The translations under genes were made by a program, and so were the position numbers. Below the pieces are notes generated by a model, which did not search any database, was not told the origin of the DNA, and worked only from the letters and a program-made list of their open reading frames with translations. Of a DNA stretch of 64,000 nt, positions 12,301 through 24,789 are shown one piece after another (positions within the stretch are counted from its first letter, which is position 1; each line of letters starts with the position of its first letter). The stretch is taken from contig JASANG010001881.1 of NCBI GenBank assembly GCA_030248215.1, positions 124,001 through 188,000 of the forward strand. The letters run 5' to 3'. Source of the stretch: Enoplolaimus lenunculus (Eukaryota).

Positions 12301-15300
12301 AGTTTTTATAAAATATCAAACACAAGTATATTAAAGAACAATAACCAATTAAAATTTTTTCTACACTATTAATCACAATTTCCTAATCCTTGTTTGTTGA
12401 CACCCCCCTCGCCGGAGATATGTCTCCAAATTAGAGTTACACGGGCCTAAAAGACACACATCCTATCCGGAATCACGGTACTTAAATATATTAATAAGCT
12501 GTCGGAAAATATTGTCGTGTCTAGGGTATACGAGCCTTTATCTAACCAGCGTGAAAATTCGCCCCCCTGCAATGTGCCGTCTACGGCGTAGCAGTTTGCT
12601 TAATAACGGAAGCAGACATGCATAAATGTGCAATATATGAATGCGAAAGAAACATTGCGAACGAAGCGAGCCAGAACTCAAATAAAGCATCAATGGTTAT
12701 GCTGAATTGCAGCAACGAGCGAAATTGTTTCTACCCGCATAGCCGATCAGAATTGCCAGGGTGTCGGCCAGGTGCCCGAACCCCCTGCTAGAAGAGTACG
12801 AGGGTGGTAGCCGCGACTCTGAGTTACCTGGAACCACTGTCGGCGGCTGATAGTTAATGCCGACTTTGAATCCGGTCGGACACCAGTCAACAAATCGAAT
12901 CGTACGTTTAACTTTTATCTGTTGAACTGCTGTGTTGACATCTTTCGAAACCACGTTACCCCTGAAATATTACAATATGACTCCAAGTCTGCCAAACATC
13001 AAATTTATAACCAATTCCGTTCAACTTCGGGTTCAGTTCAACTTCGGTTGGCCATAACTCCATGTGATCCTGTGGTTAATGCTGTTTGAATATGCACTTG
13101 AGGAGCAATGAAGGACGACATATATATTGTGAGTTAGCCAGTTGCGGTATTGGTAGGATTTGACTTCAGGAAGGTCTTGAACATTTCACATCCGGAAGAA
13201 TGTTCTTCAAGCAGTCGGTCAGTGTAAAGAACAGGGGAGGAACAGTATTATAGGCATATTCTTAAGTCTGAGACTAAGCCTAAAGCGTAATGCACCATCC
13301 AGGTTATACTGCGATCGCCAATGTCAAAAAATGTCCATGCTATTATTGGAAAGTAGCAATAAAATTACAGCTATTTCATGCACCAAGTAATTATTTTCAC
13401 ACTATTTAGTTAGTATGTTGTTTCGTTGCAGTCTATTCTTAGGACATGTTCGACAAATGGCAGGGTACTTTGACAGCGCGTTGTTTCTTGCACCAAAAAT
13501 AGAATTTAACGAAAAAATTTGAATGTCATGCTTAGATTAAAATTTTCAAGCTCAATTTTGAAGTTTTCCGGCAAAATTTGAATTTTCCCGTCAAAATTTG
13601 AACTTAAGCGATAAAATTTGAATTTTACCGCCACAATTTCAATTTTCCACCAAAATTTAAGTTTTCCGCTAAAATTTGAATTTCGCGCCAAAATTTGAAT
13701 TTTCCCGCCAAAATATGAATTTCCCACCAAAATTCGACTTTCCCACCAAAATTCGAATTTCCCGCCAAAATTTGAATTTTCCCGCCAAGATTTGAATTTC
13801 CCGCCAAAATGTGAATTTTCGGGACAAAATTTTGAAAATAAAGAAAAATTTTAAACTTTGCAGGTTCTAAACATTGACCGTAAAATATACACTGTATTTT
13901 AAAAGGGTGATGTTTTTTACACACTATTTATGCCCGGTCGCTTTATTTTGTATGTAAGTTGTATAGCTAGCTAAAATTTTGGACACTATTTTTAGAGAGT
14001 GTTCGTAAATTAGATAGGCATTAAAATGGTGGGACATTTTTTTGACATTGGCGAGCGCAGTATAACCTGAATGGTGCATAAGAATGAGCATATTCCGAAG
14101 CCTAAGCCTAAGTGTATCCTAAGCGTAATCATTTTATCACCAAAAATTTTCTGAGGGTGAAAAATTGTAAGGTAGGGGACCTTACAATTTTAACACAATA
14201 AAATTTCTGACGTTGGGCGCACGCCCCTCCCCGCCCCACCTCTGGATTCGCTAGTGGGATTATTAGTTATTAAAATATGTTTTTAGTACTGTACCGATAT
14301 AACAACGACACCGCCATATATTTTCCAGTCCGCGGATCGCATTTAACCATTTGATTCGACGGCTCAAAGCATTGTGCAGTCAACTTTGCGGTACTCAATT
14401 TTTCGTGAAATGCCTGTTCATAACAAACAAAACAATTATTTATGCAAACAAACATCACCGTCGCCAAAAAATGTTTAATTTCTATACTATTCGGGTATAT
14501 TATTAAAGCTGGAATGTCCGGCATACGAGGGGAAATAGAAAATATTCATGTGAAAAAGGGTTAAGCGGAAAAATTTCAGTTTACTATCCATAACCCCTTC
14601 TCACATTGAGTTGCCTGTAGGCAACTCAGCGCAGTGTATATACGTTAAATAATATATATCGCACCGTGTTTAACAATTGCAACACGTATACATAGTGCTA
14701 AATCACCACAAGACGTGAGAGCCCCCTCGGGCTCGAGCGTCAAGCTCCTATAACTGAGTGGTGATGGTATACGCCTCCCATTCCAGTCACTGGTGTTCGA
14801 TTCCTTACATAAAAGTAGGTCTCAGGGGAAATAAAAAATATTCATGTGATAAAGGGTTAATTGTAGCATTTTCACCAAAATTTGACAGGAATATATTTGT
14901 TTAAGCTTAAATCTGAGGTTATGCTCATAAGCGACAAGATATGCTCAGGCGAACGCCTGCGCGTCGGAAGACCTTATATGGGGTGTGTTCTTTTGATGAA
15001 TATGCCTCTACACTTGGCATAAATTTGAGGCCCAGCTTAAGGTCGCGCTATACTTGCTGCGAAACGAACGATCAATTCAAAATTCTGAGTTCTGATAGTC
15101 CTAATTTTGACTGAGTGATTCAACTCATTCTGAGTTAAAATCAACTCACTGAAATTTACAGTGTTTCAGTTCACCTTATCTGCTGCAATCACAGGCGCAT
15201 ACGTCGCCATAGGAAAATGGATCCTTGGATACGGAACTAAATTCGTTTGAAATTCATTCAAATCAACGTTGATTGCGCCTTCAAAGCGAAGCGACGCAGT

Positions 15301-18300
15301 TATCGATGATACGCACTGGGCGACAATACGATTGATATTCGTGTACGTGGGTCTAAAATTAAACACCGCAAAACCGAAGTTGTCATACCCCTGCTCAGGA
15401 GTATTACTACTAACCGATCCCAAATCTTCTTTGAGATTTATTGTAATCCCACAATTTTCATTTTTACTCGTTTAATTACTTAAATTATTCGTTGCGCTAT
15501 ACCTTTGTTAACGTCCGGCGCCGTCCGTCACCGTGCGTCGGTATCGTACGCAAGTAAGTCACGTACGATAACGTAGGGTACGAACGATGACGGGCGGCAC
15601 CGTGCGAATGACGGCCGGCGATGTACGGGTGACGCACGGCGCCGGACGGGTGACGCACGGCGATGGACGGCGCCGGACGGGTGACGCACGGTGATGGACG
15701 GCGCCGGACGGGTGACGCACGGCGATGGACGGCGCCGGACGGGTGACGCACGGTGATGGACGGCGCCGGACGGGTGACGCACGGTGATGGACGGCGCCGG
15801 ACGGGTGACGCACGGTGATGGACGGTGCCACACGGGTGTTGCATGGTGGCGGACGGTTTGAACGTCAAGTATACCGCAACTCTAACTCCTTGAACACTTA
15901 AAATCAATTTAAAATATGCATAGAACAGACCTACTGTAACAGTAGCATATGCATACTCCTCAAGCCTAAAGCCTACCTCTATGCCTAAGCGTAAGAATGA
16001 ATTTATAAATTAAAGTTTAAACATAAAATAGTATAAATGTTAAGATTATACTATTGCAGTTTTACAGAAAAACGTTCCACGCCTGATCTTTACATGGAAA
16101 ATACTTTAACATTAAACTTTAATTTTAAATGATGAAATAGATTATTTTTATAAAATTAAATTATTATTATTATTTTCTATTTATTTTTTAATTAATTTTA
16201 AAAATCTTTTTAGTTTATCCTTATAAGAGAAAAATATTTCTCCTGCGTTCAGTTTTTACAATTAATATCAAATTGTTTTTGTACAGAAATTACGGCCCAT
16301 GTATAGAATAGGGCCGGATCGTTTTCCGACGGGACTGTAATAGAGTCAGTTTAAGCTTTAGACTAACTTTTTTACTTAGGCTTAGGCTTAGGAATATGCT
16401 TTACTATTGTTCCTGCCCTGTTGTATACATGGGCCGAAATTACAAAAATCGGTTTAACTTTTTTTTTGTATTTAACACCTGCTTTTGAGTTTGTGCCAGC
16501 ATGACATTTAAAAAAATAATTACCCAAGCAGAGATATGGGAATTCGCTTCAGAATTAATTAAGGTCAGGATTTTAACTCAGAATGAGTTGAGCTCACTCA
16601 GAAGTCTGAGCTCTGAACTAGTTCTTTCAGAACACAGAATTCTGAACAGATTAATTCATTCTGAGTTAATAAACTCATCCGGAATTAAAACACCTCAGAG
16701 TGAGTTAATATTCACTGGTATGAACTCAGAAATAAACCAAAAATAACTAATTCTCTCTCTGAATTGATCAATCAACTCATTGGAATTAAACGACTCACCT
16801 ATCAAGTGCAAGATTGTTCTGACAAATATCATAAATCGCTTCGTTGTCGACCAAAAAACTGACATCAGCAAATTCGAGCGTTGTATGCGTGTTCAAAATT
16901 GAATTGTACGGTTCAACCACTGCCGTTGATATCTGCAATTAAAAAAGCTCATTTCAATACCAAATAACCTTAATTTAAGCCCTTCCCAAATAGAGTCGAC
17001 TACGAGCAACTCAGTGCAATTCGTATATTTAACATAATGCATAGTATTTAACAAATATAACATGTATACGTAGTACTAAATCAGCCCATGACGTGATATC
17101 CCATTCGCGCATGAGCGTCAAGCTCCTATTGCTGAATAATGATGGTAATCGCCTTTCACTTCATTTTCCGCCAGTCCAATCCAGCACAAAAGTAGATATC
17201 CGATGAAATACAGAATATTCATGTGAGAATGGGTTAATACCAAACTGACAGTAAATTTTTACGAGCGTTCCTATTTTATCGGATAGAAATAATTGACGCC
17301 GCTAACATTGGCTTAAAATTCTTGTGAACTGAAGTTGTTTTATACAGCTCATTGCACGATCATTTCGTCTTGGAATTATAAATCATAGGGACACGGTAGT
17401 GTCACTATTATATGTTTCTTCCAAAAGTGTTCACGTCTCTCTTATGTTTCTATCAAAAGTCTATTATTTCAACTATTCCGCTTTGGTGGTATTTATATAC
17501 AAACGTATGTCATTCAAGATCATGGCAACCGGTGTTCATGCGCTATATTTAAAGAAAAAATTTCATAAGAATCGGAAGCGCAAAGTTTCGCCTTCGTATT
17601 TGGATTCAAATCTTGTCGCAAGGTGTTCTACAGAATTGTAGATTGTAAGAATAGAATTTTTTATGTGCTGCATAAGTTATCTCAACCATATACGTTAAGC
17701 TATTTATTTAACGAAAATACTATTGTTTAGTACGTATATATGCCAAACATGTTAAGTGGACAATTACGAAAAACATTAGCTTATATATGATTACAAATTA
17801 GTAACATAGCTAGCTTTTTGTGTATTTTTTGCCAAGGCGCGTTTTTGAAAACCCAGACGTAACCTCAAGTTGTCGAAAACTGTTTATTTCCGAGCTAGAA
17901 CCTTATGGCTGCAAAGCTTTTCAATCAAAGTGGTGATCCCTTAAAGTTTAACATTTTATTATATAAAACATACAAACATTTTCCAAATTTGTGCAACGAA
18001 TAACATTAGTAAAGCTTATATTTTGCGAATATGTGAATGATAGAGACTCTTTATAAATCTGTGCGTGTTTTAATAATTTTTTCGGTCATCTCGTGAATCG
18101 TTAGCTATGCAAATATGAAAATAGTACCGTTGACGGCTCGTCGAGATCTGTGTGACGCCGTGGTAGATGCAGGAACTTCAAAAGATCGGTCGCTCAACGT
18201 ATAATACTGCAAAAAAGACGAGACTGAAGTCGAACGCAAATTTAATGCTAAATCTTAATGCAAAACCTTTCTCTTGATTCAAGTTGTGGTGGTTCAGGCC

Positions 18301-21300
18301 GGAGTGGCACCCACTGCATCCGCCAGTGGTATGAGAGACACTTTTTATTTAATTCGTAGTAGGTGCCTAGATTTTACATTCGCGTGGGTTTTTTTTCTAA
18401 ACCTAGATTTACATTTAAGCTCAAAGTTTACGCGTAAAGTACAGATATCAGTTTTGATTTACTGCTCGATGTATTATTGGTAGCACCAAGTTGAGCACTG
18501 AAATGTCCAAAACTCGGTTTAGAATATTTGAAGAAATTTTGACGTGCAAAATTAACACCATTAATTTAATAAGGTTCCCAAAGCAAGCAGTCCCTTTCAA
18601 AAACGTGACGCTCGGACACAGCGGGCTCTCATTATGGTATGAACCGGCCCGGATTTTTCAGGCCCACGCCCGGCCGCCTTAGTTTTTCGTTTTCGAAAAC
18701 AAAACAAGAATAAGTTACAAAGCAAACCTTATAGTTGCGGACTCGCAGTTTTGACTGCGGATGGAATTGCATTATTAGAATTTTTTGTACAATTAAGAGG
18801 AAACGAACAAAAGTGAGTTTTCACTAGAGCAAGTACTTATCAATTGTATTGATTTTCTATTTGAATTCAAACAATTTATATGAATTAAAATATATTAGCA
18901 TTATAAATTGCGCGAGTTACCTAATAAATAAAAATGAAATTAGGAAAGCGCGACTTTTGTGATTGTGAAAATATAGTTTTTAATTTTCATGGAAATACAG
19001 CTTAACAGTCCTAAAACAATTATAACGTGAGTATATATGACTTTAAATTTGAATATTTTCGCACTTAAGGTAAATTTACATCAAAGTTTTCCTAAAGCTT
19101 AGTAACTAGAATGAAAAGTGCCCCGATGTGGCCATAGAAAACGATATGTTTCGGGTAGTAAGATTTTTAGTTCAATACCGCTAGTATTACAATTTCCATG
19201 CATGCGTATAAAGTTTTAAAACTAGATTAATTTGATGCCCAGCGTCCTCCCGAAACACGACACAACAATACTATAGAATTAATAAAAGTTAAATCACTGA
19301 GTTTGATTGACTGCGTAGCGGAAACATATCCGCAACTTTCTCTGACAGCGGCCAAATAGACATGTGATCCACTGTTTCGATATATTAAAACAAGAAATAA
19401 ATACTAGAATATAAATGACGAATTATGCTTGATGTAAAAAATTTGAGTACGCACTCGTGACATTAGTTTCTTGCACTTAGTAAACTGAAGTTTCGAATAT
19501 ATGCAGCAATATTTGCAACTTTGCTGACGAAATCTGCGTTGTATTCCAATGACGGCCAATGAAAGGTCTGGGGCGGAACGTTTTTCTGCGGAACTAGAAT
19601 AGAATAAGCTTAATTTTTTGCTTGGCTTAGGCTTAGGATTATGCTCATTCTTACGCTTAGGTTTAGGCTTAGGAATATGCTCATGCCAACGCTTATGCTT
19701 AGGCTTAGGATTAGGAATATGCTTATAATACTGATCCGCTCCTGTTCTTTACATTGAGCCAATTGACGAACACACGTTTTTAATATTGGGTCACCAGCAT
19801 TTTTTACGCTTAATTTCTACTTATATACTCTTTTTAAAACCCAAAATTTTTCTGCATATATTCGAAACTTCAGTTTACTAAGTGCAAGAAACTAATGTCA
19901 CGAGTGTGTACTCAAATTTTTTACATCAACCATAATTCGTCATTTATATTCTAGTATTTATTTCTTGTTTTAATATTTCGAAACAGTGGATCACATGTCT
20001 ATTTGGCCGCTGTCAGAGAAAGTTGCGGATATGTTTCCGCTACGCAGTAAATCAAACTCAATGATTTAACTTTTATTAATTCTATAGTATTGTTGTGTCG
20101 TGTTTCGGGAGGACGCTGATTGGCATCAAATCAATCTAGTTTTAAAACTTTATACGCATGTATGGAAATTGTAATACTAGCGGTAGTGAGCTAAAAATCT
20201 TACTACCCGAAACATATCGTTTTCTATGGCCACATCGGGGCACTTTTCATTCTAGTTATAAAGTATAATTCGACTGCAACAAACACTGCAACAAATATTG
20301 CAATTTTTTTTATTAATATCGCAATTATGCAAAATTGCACACTAAGAAATTTGGCGATTTGGTGAAATTAAAGCGCAGCGTAATAGGTCCGTGTGGCCTA
20401 TCAAACGTGGTAACGTCTGTTTGTTGACAGCCTATTTAGTAACATTCGTGTTGAAACATTCATACAAAATCAAATTTAATCTCAAAATATTAGCAAAATT
20501 TGAGCTGGAAAAATTAGTTTTCTGAGGTCAAAAATGCGAAAATTGTCCATTTGATCCAAAAAACTTTATTCTACAAACGAAACCTGAGGCGCAGGATATA
20601 TCGCAATTTCAAGTTTGGTTTTCTTTCCATACTCAAGTGCAAGACGTTCCAGTATTAACGATGTCAGTCCGGATCCAGTTCCGCCTCCGAAACTGTGGAA
20701 CAGAATAAATCCTTGCATTCCTCCAGTTTCTTCGACCATTCTAAAAATAACAATAATAATAATAACAATAATAACAATAACAACAATAACAACAACAACA
20801 ACTACTACAACAAGAATAATAATAATAACAACAACAACAATAATAATAATAATAACAGCAACAACGTCACCAACAACAGCAACAAAAACTTCCCCATCAA
20901 GAAAAAATTTCGGATGGGGTGTATAACCTTCTGATATATCTCATAAGTAGTTAAAGATACGTTCTACAAATTTAGAACGGATTTTTTACTTGAAAATTTT
21001 TATAAAAGATACCCCTTAGCTTTTTTTCAATTTGGCAATAATTTTCGGGGGAATGTGTGTCGCATTTTTCAACCCTTCTTACATTCTTGCAAACTAAGCT
21101 CTGTCGAGACCGTTTTCTTAAATGCGTGTAGCAACTATCGCCAGTATTGATTTTTAATCAGGCAAACTTCTAATACATGTACAATTGAAAAATTTCGAAC
21201 CTTGTCAGTTATTGGCTTGAATAATTTTTAAACCTACTGTCGTGTTTATGCTGAGTCTATTTCTAAACCAAATCCTAAGCAAGAAAATTAGTGCAATGCA

Positions 21301-24300
21301 TAAACTGACTCTATCATAGCCACGCAGAAAAACGATCCGGCCCTGTTCTATACATGGGTCGAAAATACGACACATAGATGAATTTGAGGGCAGTTTAAAC
21401 ACGAAAAATCCCACACACAGCTTCAAGCAACGAAAAACTTTTATTGCCCGATAGATGCTACACACATTTGAGAATACGAACCGAATTAGCGCACGCAGTT
21501 TTAAAATGAAAGTTCAAAATGCGGTATTATTTATTAAATTGAGTCGAAAACTTACCGGTAACAGGTGATAAATAGGCAGTCGATAATTGAATTATACTAA
21601 ATTCATTCAGTTGAAAACCTTACGTTCGAATCCGATCGAGTACTGGTTCAAGGATTTCACGACCAATCGTATACCGGCCACGAGCATAATTGTTCGCCGC
21701 ATCTTCTTTGCCGCTCATCAAAAACTGGGAATGAAACAAATTTCGATAGACGCCAGTTCGAATTTCGTCTGAAAAAATAGGTAAAATTGATCAGGACGGA
21801 GCTGATTGGTTGAAACAAATCTACGTTTTTAACGTTTTGGCGTGAACTCAGTCACACTGGATGGTTATTGGGTAAAATCTAGTTGTTTCAGCAAACATTA
21901 TGCGCGGTTCACGTTATAAATAGACAGCTAGTGTCACGTTTCGTTACATTTTACATATTGGTTAACATTTTGTCTGCGAGGTAACCCAATATGATATTTC
22001 AAAAACAGCAGTTGTCTAATAACATTATGTATCGTCACGTTTTGTCTTTCAATATCATATGATATTCCCTACATCGTCTTTAAATATCATATGATCATTT
22101 TAAAAATGTCTACTGAGTCAGCAACATGACTAGGTTTGCGTATGGCGAAATCTCAGGTGATACTAAGAGACACTGTGCCGTTTGTACCATATTATATTAC
22201 GAGACAATGTAAATAAATACTAATATGGCCGGAAATTTGAATTTTGGCGGAGCAACTCAAAATTGGGCGGAAAAATTATACTTTTGGAGGGAAAATTCAA
22301 TTTTTAAGGGGTAATTTAAATTTTAGTGGGACAATTTAAAATTTGGCGGGATAATTCAAATATTGACAAAAAAATTCAAATTTTGCGGAAATATCCAAAT
22401 GTTGGCGGATTGTCTTATGATACGTTGTAAACTACATAATGGAATGTTATACACTTAAAATTGTATATACAGTAAAATATCATATGGTAGCCCAAATCCG
22501 TCTTGCTAAATATCATATCAATTCAGAATATAATGTGATATTCACTAAATTGTCTAAGAGTTTCACGTGACATTCGGACACTTGTATGCTGAGATAACCT
22601 GCGTACGGAGCTTTGTGTACCAATCTCATATGATATTCGACTTTTATCTGTTCATATCATATGATGGTAGCAAAACTTTCTGTTGATGTCAGATCAACAT
22701 GTGACAAAACGTGACCAGACTGCCTCAGTTATAACGTAAATCCCGCATTATGTCCAGTTTTAGCAGCGATAACTTGCCGCTACAACTTCCACGTGCCATG
22801 TTTGTTTCACAATGCTCATTCAAAAATCTAACAACTTTAACAAGCGCAATCCCTAACGAGCAACCGCAGAGTCCAAAGAGGACTTAGAGACCGTTAAATT
22901 TTAGGCTTAGGTTTCATGTTATATTTAAGTTTGTTATACTTTAGGTTTAGATTTAGGCTTAAGCTTAATATTGAGCAACGCGTTAAACGTATTAACACAA
23001 GCAAAACCAAGTATAAATATTTCAAATCATTCTTAAAGATTATAAGGTCTATGTTACCAATTGGTGTCGGATCCAAATCAATGAAAATCGCTCTTGGAAC
23101 GTGTTTTCCCATTGAAGTTTCGGAAAAGAACGTATTGTAACGGTCAAGTTCTTGGCCGACAGAGTCATCTTGCACCATTTGACCTAAAATTTGCATAAAA
23201 AGTATTTTCTCGAAAATTTTTCATTTATAACACAAATACTTTTCAAGTGTACCTTGCTAATCATATTTCTTAAATGTAAGAAAAATTTTGTTAAATATCA
23301 GAAATATTATTTCGCGTGTATTAATTTCATTCACAAATCCCTCAGCTGAAAAGCGTTCACCGTCACCACTCCGCTCTTGGAGCTTTTGTTAACCGCATTG
23401 TGTGTTTTGTTGCACTTGCAATTAGTTGCTCATAGTATGCTCTATTCCGGAAACGTTAAACGTAAAACTTGATAAAAATCAGTTCCGGTCTTGTGGACGT
23501 TGAAAGAGAATGAGATACGCACTTGCCCGGCACCTGCCCCTAAAGCACTAACCTTCAGGATCGATCCCATGTTCCAAACAGTACAATTCCCAGCAGGCGT
23601 TGCCAATTTGTACTCCGGCTTGTCCGAGATGAATGCTTACAATTTCACGCTAAAATATAAAAATTAAAAAATTAATTTAAACACAAAATCATCAGTCGTC
23701 GTATGATTCTAAGTTGTGGACTGAAGTTCTCCGACAACATCAACAGCAAAATTTTCGTTTAGGATTCAATAATTCGGCGGTGCTAACATAGCATCTGTTA
23801 AAACGGAATGGTGAAATAATATTCAACCTTAATATCCCACTTCTGATACATGGTTATTTGCGCCTTCAAATTAATGTCACTTTGTTTAAGTTCAAAAGTT
23901 TTCGGCAAATTATAGCGTTTGCTGTGTTCCTAAAGCCTAAGCCTAAAGTCTAATCTTTAGCTTATTTTATTTTTGCAATCCTATATTTACGACGGAATTG
24001 TAGCCCTTGTACACTTTACTTCGACCGGATTAGGCTTCCAATATTTACGCCGGAATTTTAGCCCTTGTACACTTTACTTCGACCGGATTAGGCTTCCAAT
24101 ATTTACGACGGAATTTTAGCCCTTGTACACTTTACTTCGACCGGATTAGGCTTCCTATATTTACGACGGAATTTTAGCCCTTGTACACTTTACTTCGACC
24201 GGATTAGGCTTAGCCTTAGATATGGCAAGCGTTAGCGTTTCTAAGAAAAATGATTAGTGTAAGTTTAAGGCTAAAAGCTTAGCTTTAAATGTAACGGAAA

Positions 24301-24368
24301 TGTACAGGGATTCGTATTTTTGTATGGGTCCATTAATTAAGTACACTATTCCTTACCCTTGCGTCCAT
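9322..24368 (-). CDS. tba: Alpha-tubulin, divergent isotype, 12 exons, 461 aa. Exons: 24368-24357, 23649-23553, 23183-23058, 21768-21624, 20740-20584, 16932-16799, 15352-15175, 14413-14295, 12961-12828, 11601-11453, 10645-10586, 9396-9322
   Basis: All introns GT-AG and phase-consistent (1386 nt including stop). Motifs [112 protein letters not shown]. The 12-nt first exon is the least certain. The symbol is family-level only. Confidence 0.95.
9424..9673. mobile_element. CACTG MITE family A in last tubulin intron
   Basis: CACT..ATTTACAGTG, AA/AA flanks. Confidence 0.8.
9926..10353. mobile_element. hAT-like MITE interrupted by a CACTG family A copy (9979-10230)
   Basis: Ends CAGTGCTGGAGCAG / CTGCTCCGGCCCTG; 8-bp TSD GCCTAATG/GACTAATG; nested copy has CA/CA flanks. 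Confidence 0.75.
10800..11177. mobile_element. TA-flanked MITE with CTGTAGTGACCC(G/A)AATAA TIRs
   Basis: TA|CTGTAGTGACCCGAATAA ... TTATTTGGGTCACTATAG|TA; relatives near 3652-4330, 43030 and 57707-58697. Confidence 0.7.
13291..14078. mobile_element. PIF/Harbinger-like non-autonomous element inserted into a TTAGGC MITE; contains a CCCGCCAAAATTTGAATT(T) minisatellite (about 13560-13830)
   Basis: About 45-bp TIR TGCACCATCCAGGTTATACTGCG..; TAA TSD both sides. Removing it restores GCGTAA|GAATGAGCATATTCC of the host MITE. Confidence 0.85.
14591..14860 (+). mobile_element. piggyBac-like MITE with internal tRNA-like A/B boxes
   Basis: (T)TAACCCCTT..AAGGGTTAA ends; TAACTGAGTGG and GTTCGATTCC boxes. 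Second copy 16975-17237, fragments at 2070-2135, 14525-14564 and 42480-42600. Confidence 0.7.
15491..15882. mobile_element. GC-rich MITE (GTTGCGCTATAC..GTATACCGCAAC) with a 31-bp minisatellite (about 6 copies)
   Basis: Unit GACGGCGCCGGACGGGTGACGCACGGTGATG; core is the reverse complement of 479-560. Confidence 0.8.
16294..16435 (+). mobile_element. GGCC-ended TTAGGC MITE (subfamily b, ATGTATAGAA.AGGGCCGG TIR)
   Basis: Perfect 8-bp TSD GAAATTAC. Confidence 0.9.
16975..17237 (+). mobile_element. piggyBac-like MITE, second copy
   Basis: TTAAGCCCTT..GGGTTAA; alignable with 14591-14860. Confidence 0.7.
19103..20258. mobile_element. Foldback or long-TIR element: about 405-bp near-perfect inverted arms (19103-19506, 19852-20258) with a TTAGGC MITE (19554-19760) in the loop
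   Basis: TAACTAGAATGAAAAGTGCCCCGATGTGG.. vs ..CCACATCGGGGCACTTTTCATTCTAGTTA; only scattered mismatches by eye. Confidence 0.9.
20745..20885. repeat. (AAT/AAC)n microsatellite abutting tubulin exon-5 acceptor
   Basis: Direct inspection. Confidence 0.95.
21906..22745. mobile_element. TIR element rich in palindromic ATCATATGAT motifs, containing a GGCGG/AAATT minisatellite (22228-22410)
   Basis: Ends GGTTCACGTTATAA / TTATAACGTAAATCC; better preserved relative at 43126-43772. Confidence 0.65.
23978..24210. repeat. 58-bp tandem repeat x4 in tubulin intron 1
   Basis: TAGCCCTTGTACACTTTACTTCGACCGGATTAGGCTT at 24001, 24059, 24117 and 24175. Confidence 0.95.
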
Positions 24369-24789
24369 TTTGAGAGATTCGCAACGAGAGAAGTGGATAT
24401 CTGAGGTTAGAAACAAAATAGATGTTTTTCTTAAAATAAAATACTTAAATATAATTAATTCAAAATAATCTAAAATGTTTGAAATTAACAAAAAACACAT
24501 TTGCGGGTGATAGAAATTATTTAGGATTAAGGTTACGTTCTACAAAAATTTTGGAAGAAGTTGCTTGTGGTGCAAACTGAACGATGGTTGGGTTTGTGAA
24601 ACCTTACTTAAGTATTTACTTAAAAGTAATTACTTAAGTCGCCTACTTGAGCAAATACTTAACTTTTCGAACAAAAACCGATAAATGCCAAAAGTAAACA
24701 TTTAACAACAACAAAATGGTTAAGAAATTGTTTAGCACGTACATAAGTACTAAGCCATACTTAAGTAGGGTATCAGAAACCCAGCTAAT

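Noticed and set aside
20615..20934. Poly-Asn and poly-Ile/Thr ORFs
   Set aside because: Translations of the AAT/AAC microsatellite antisense to a tubulin exon.
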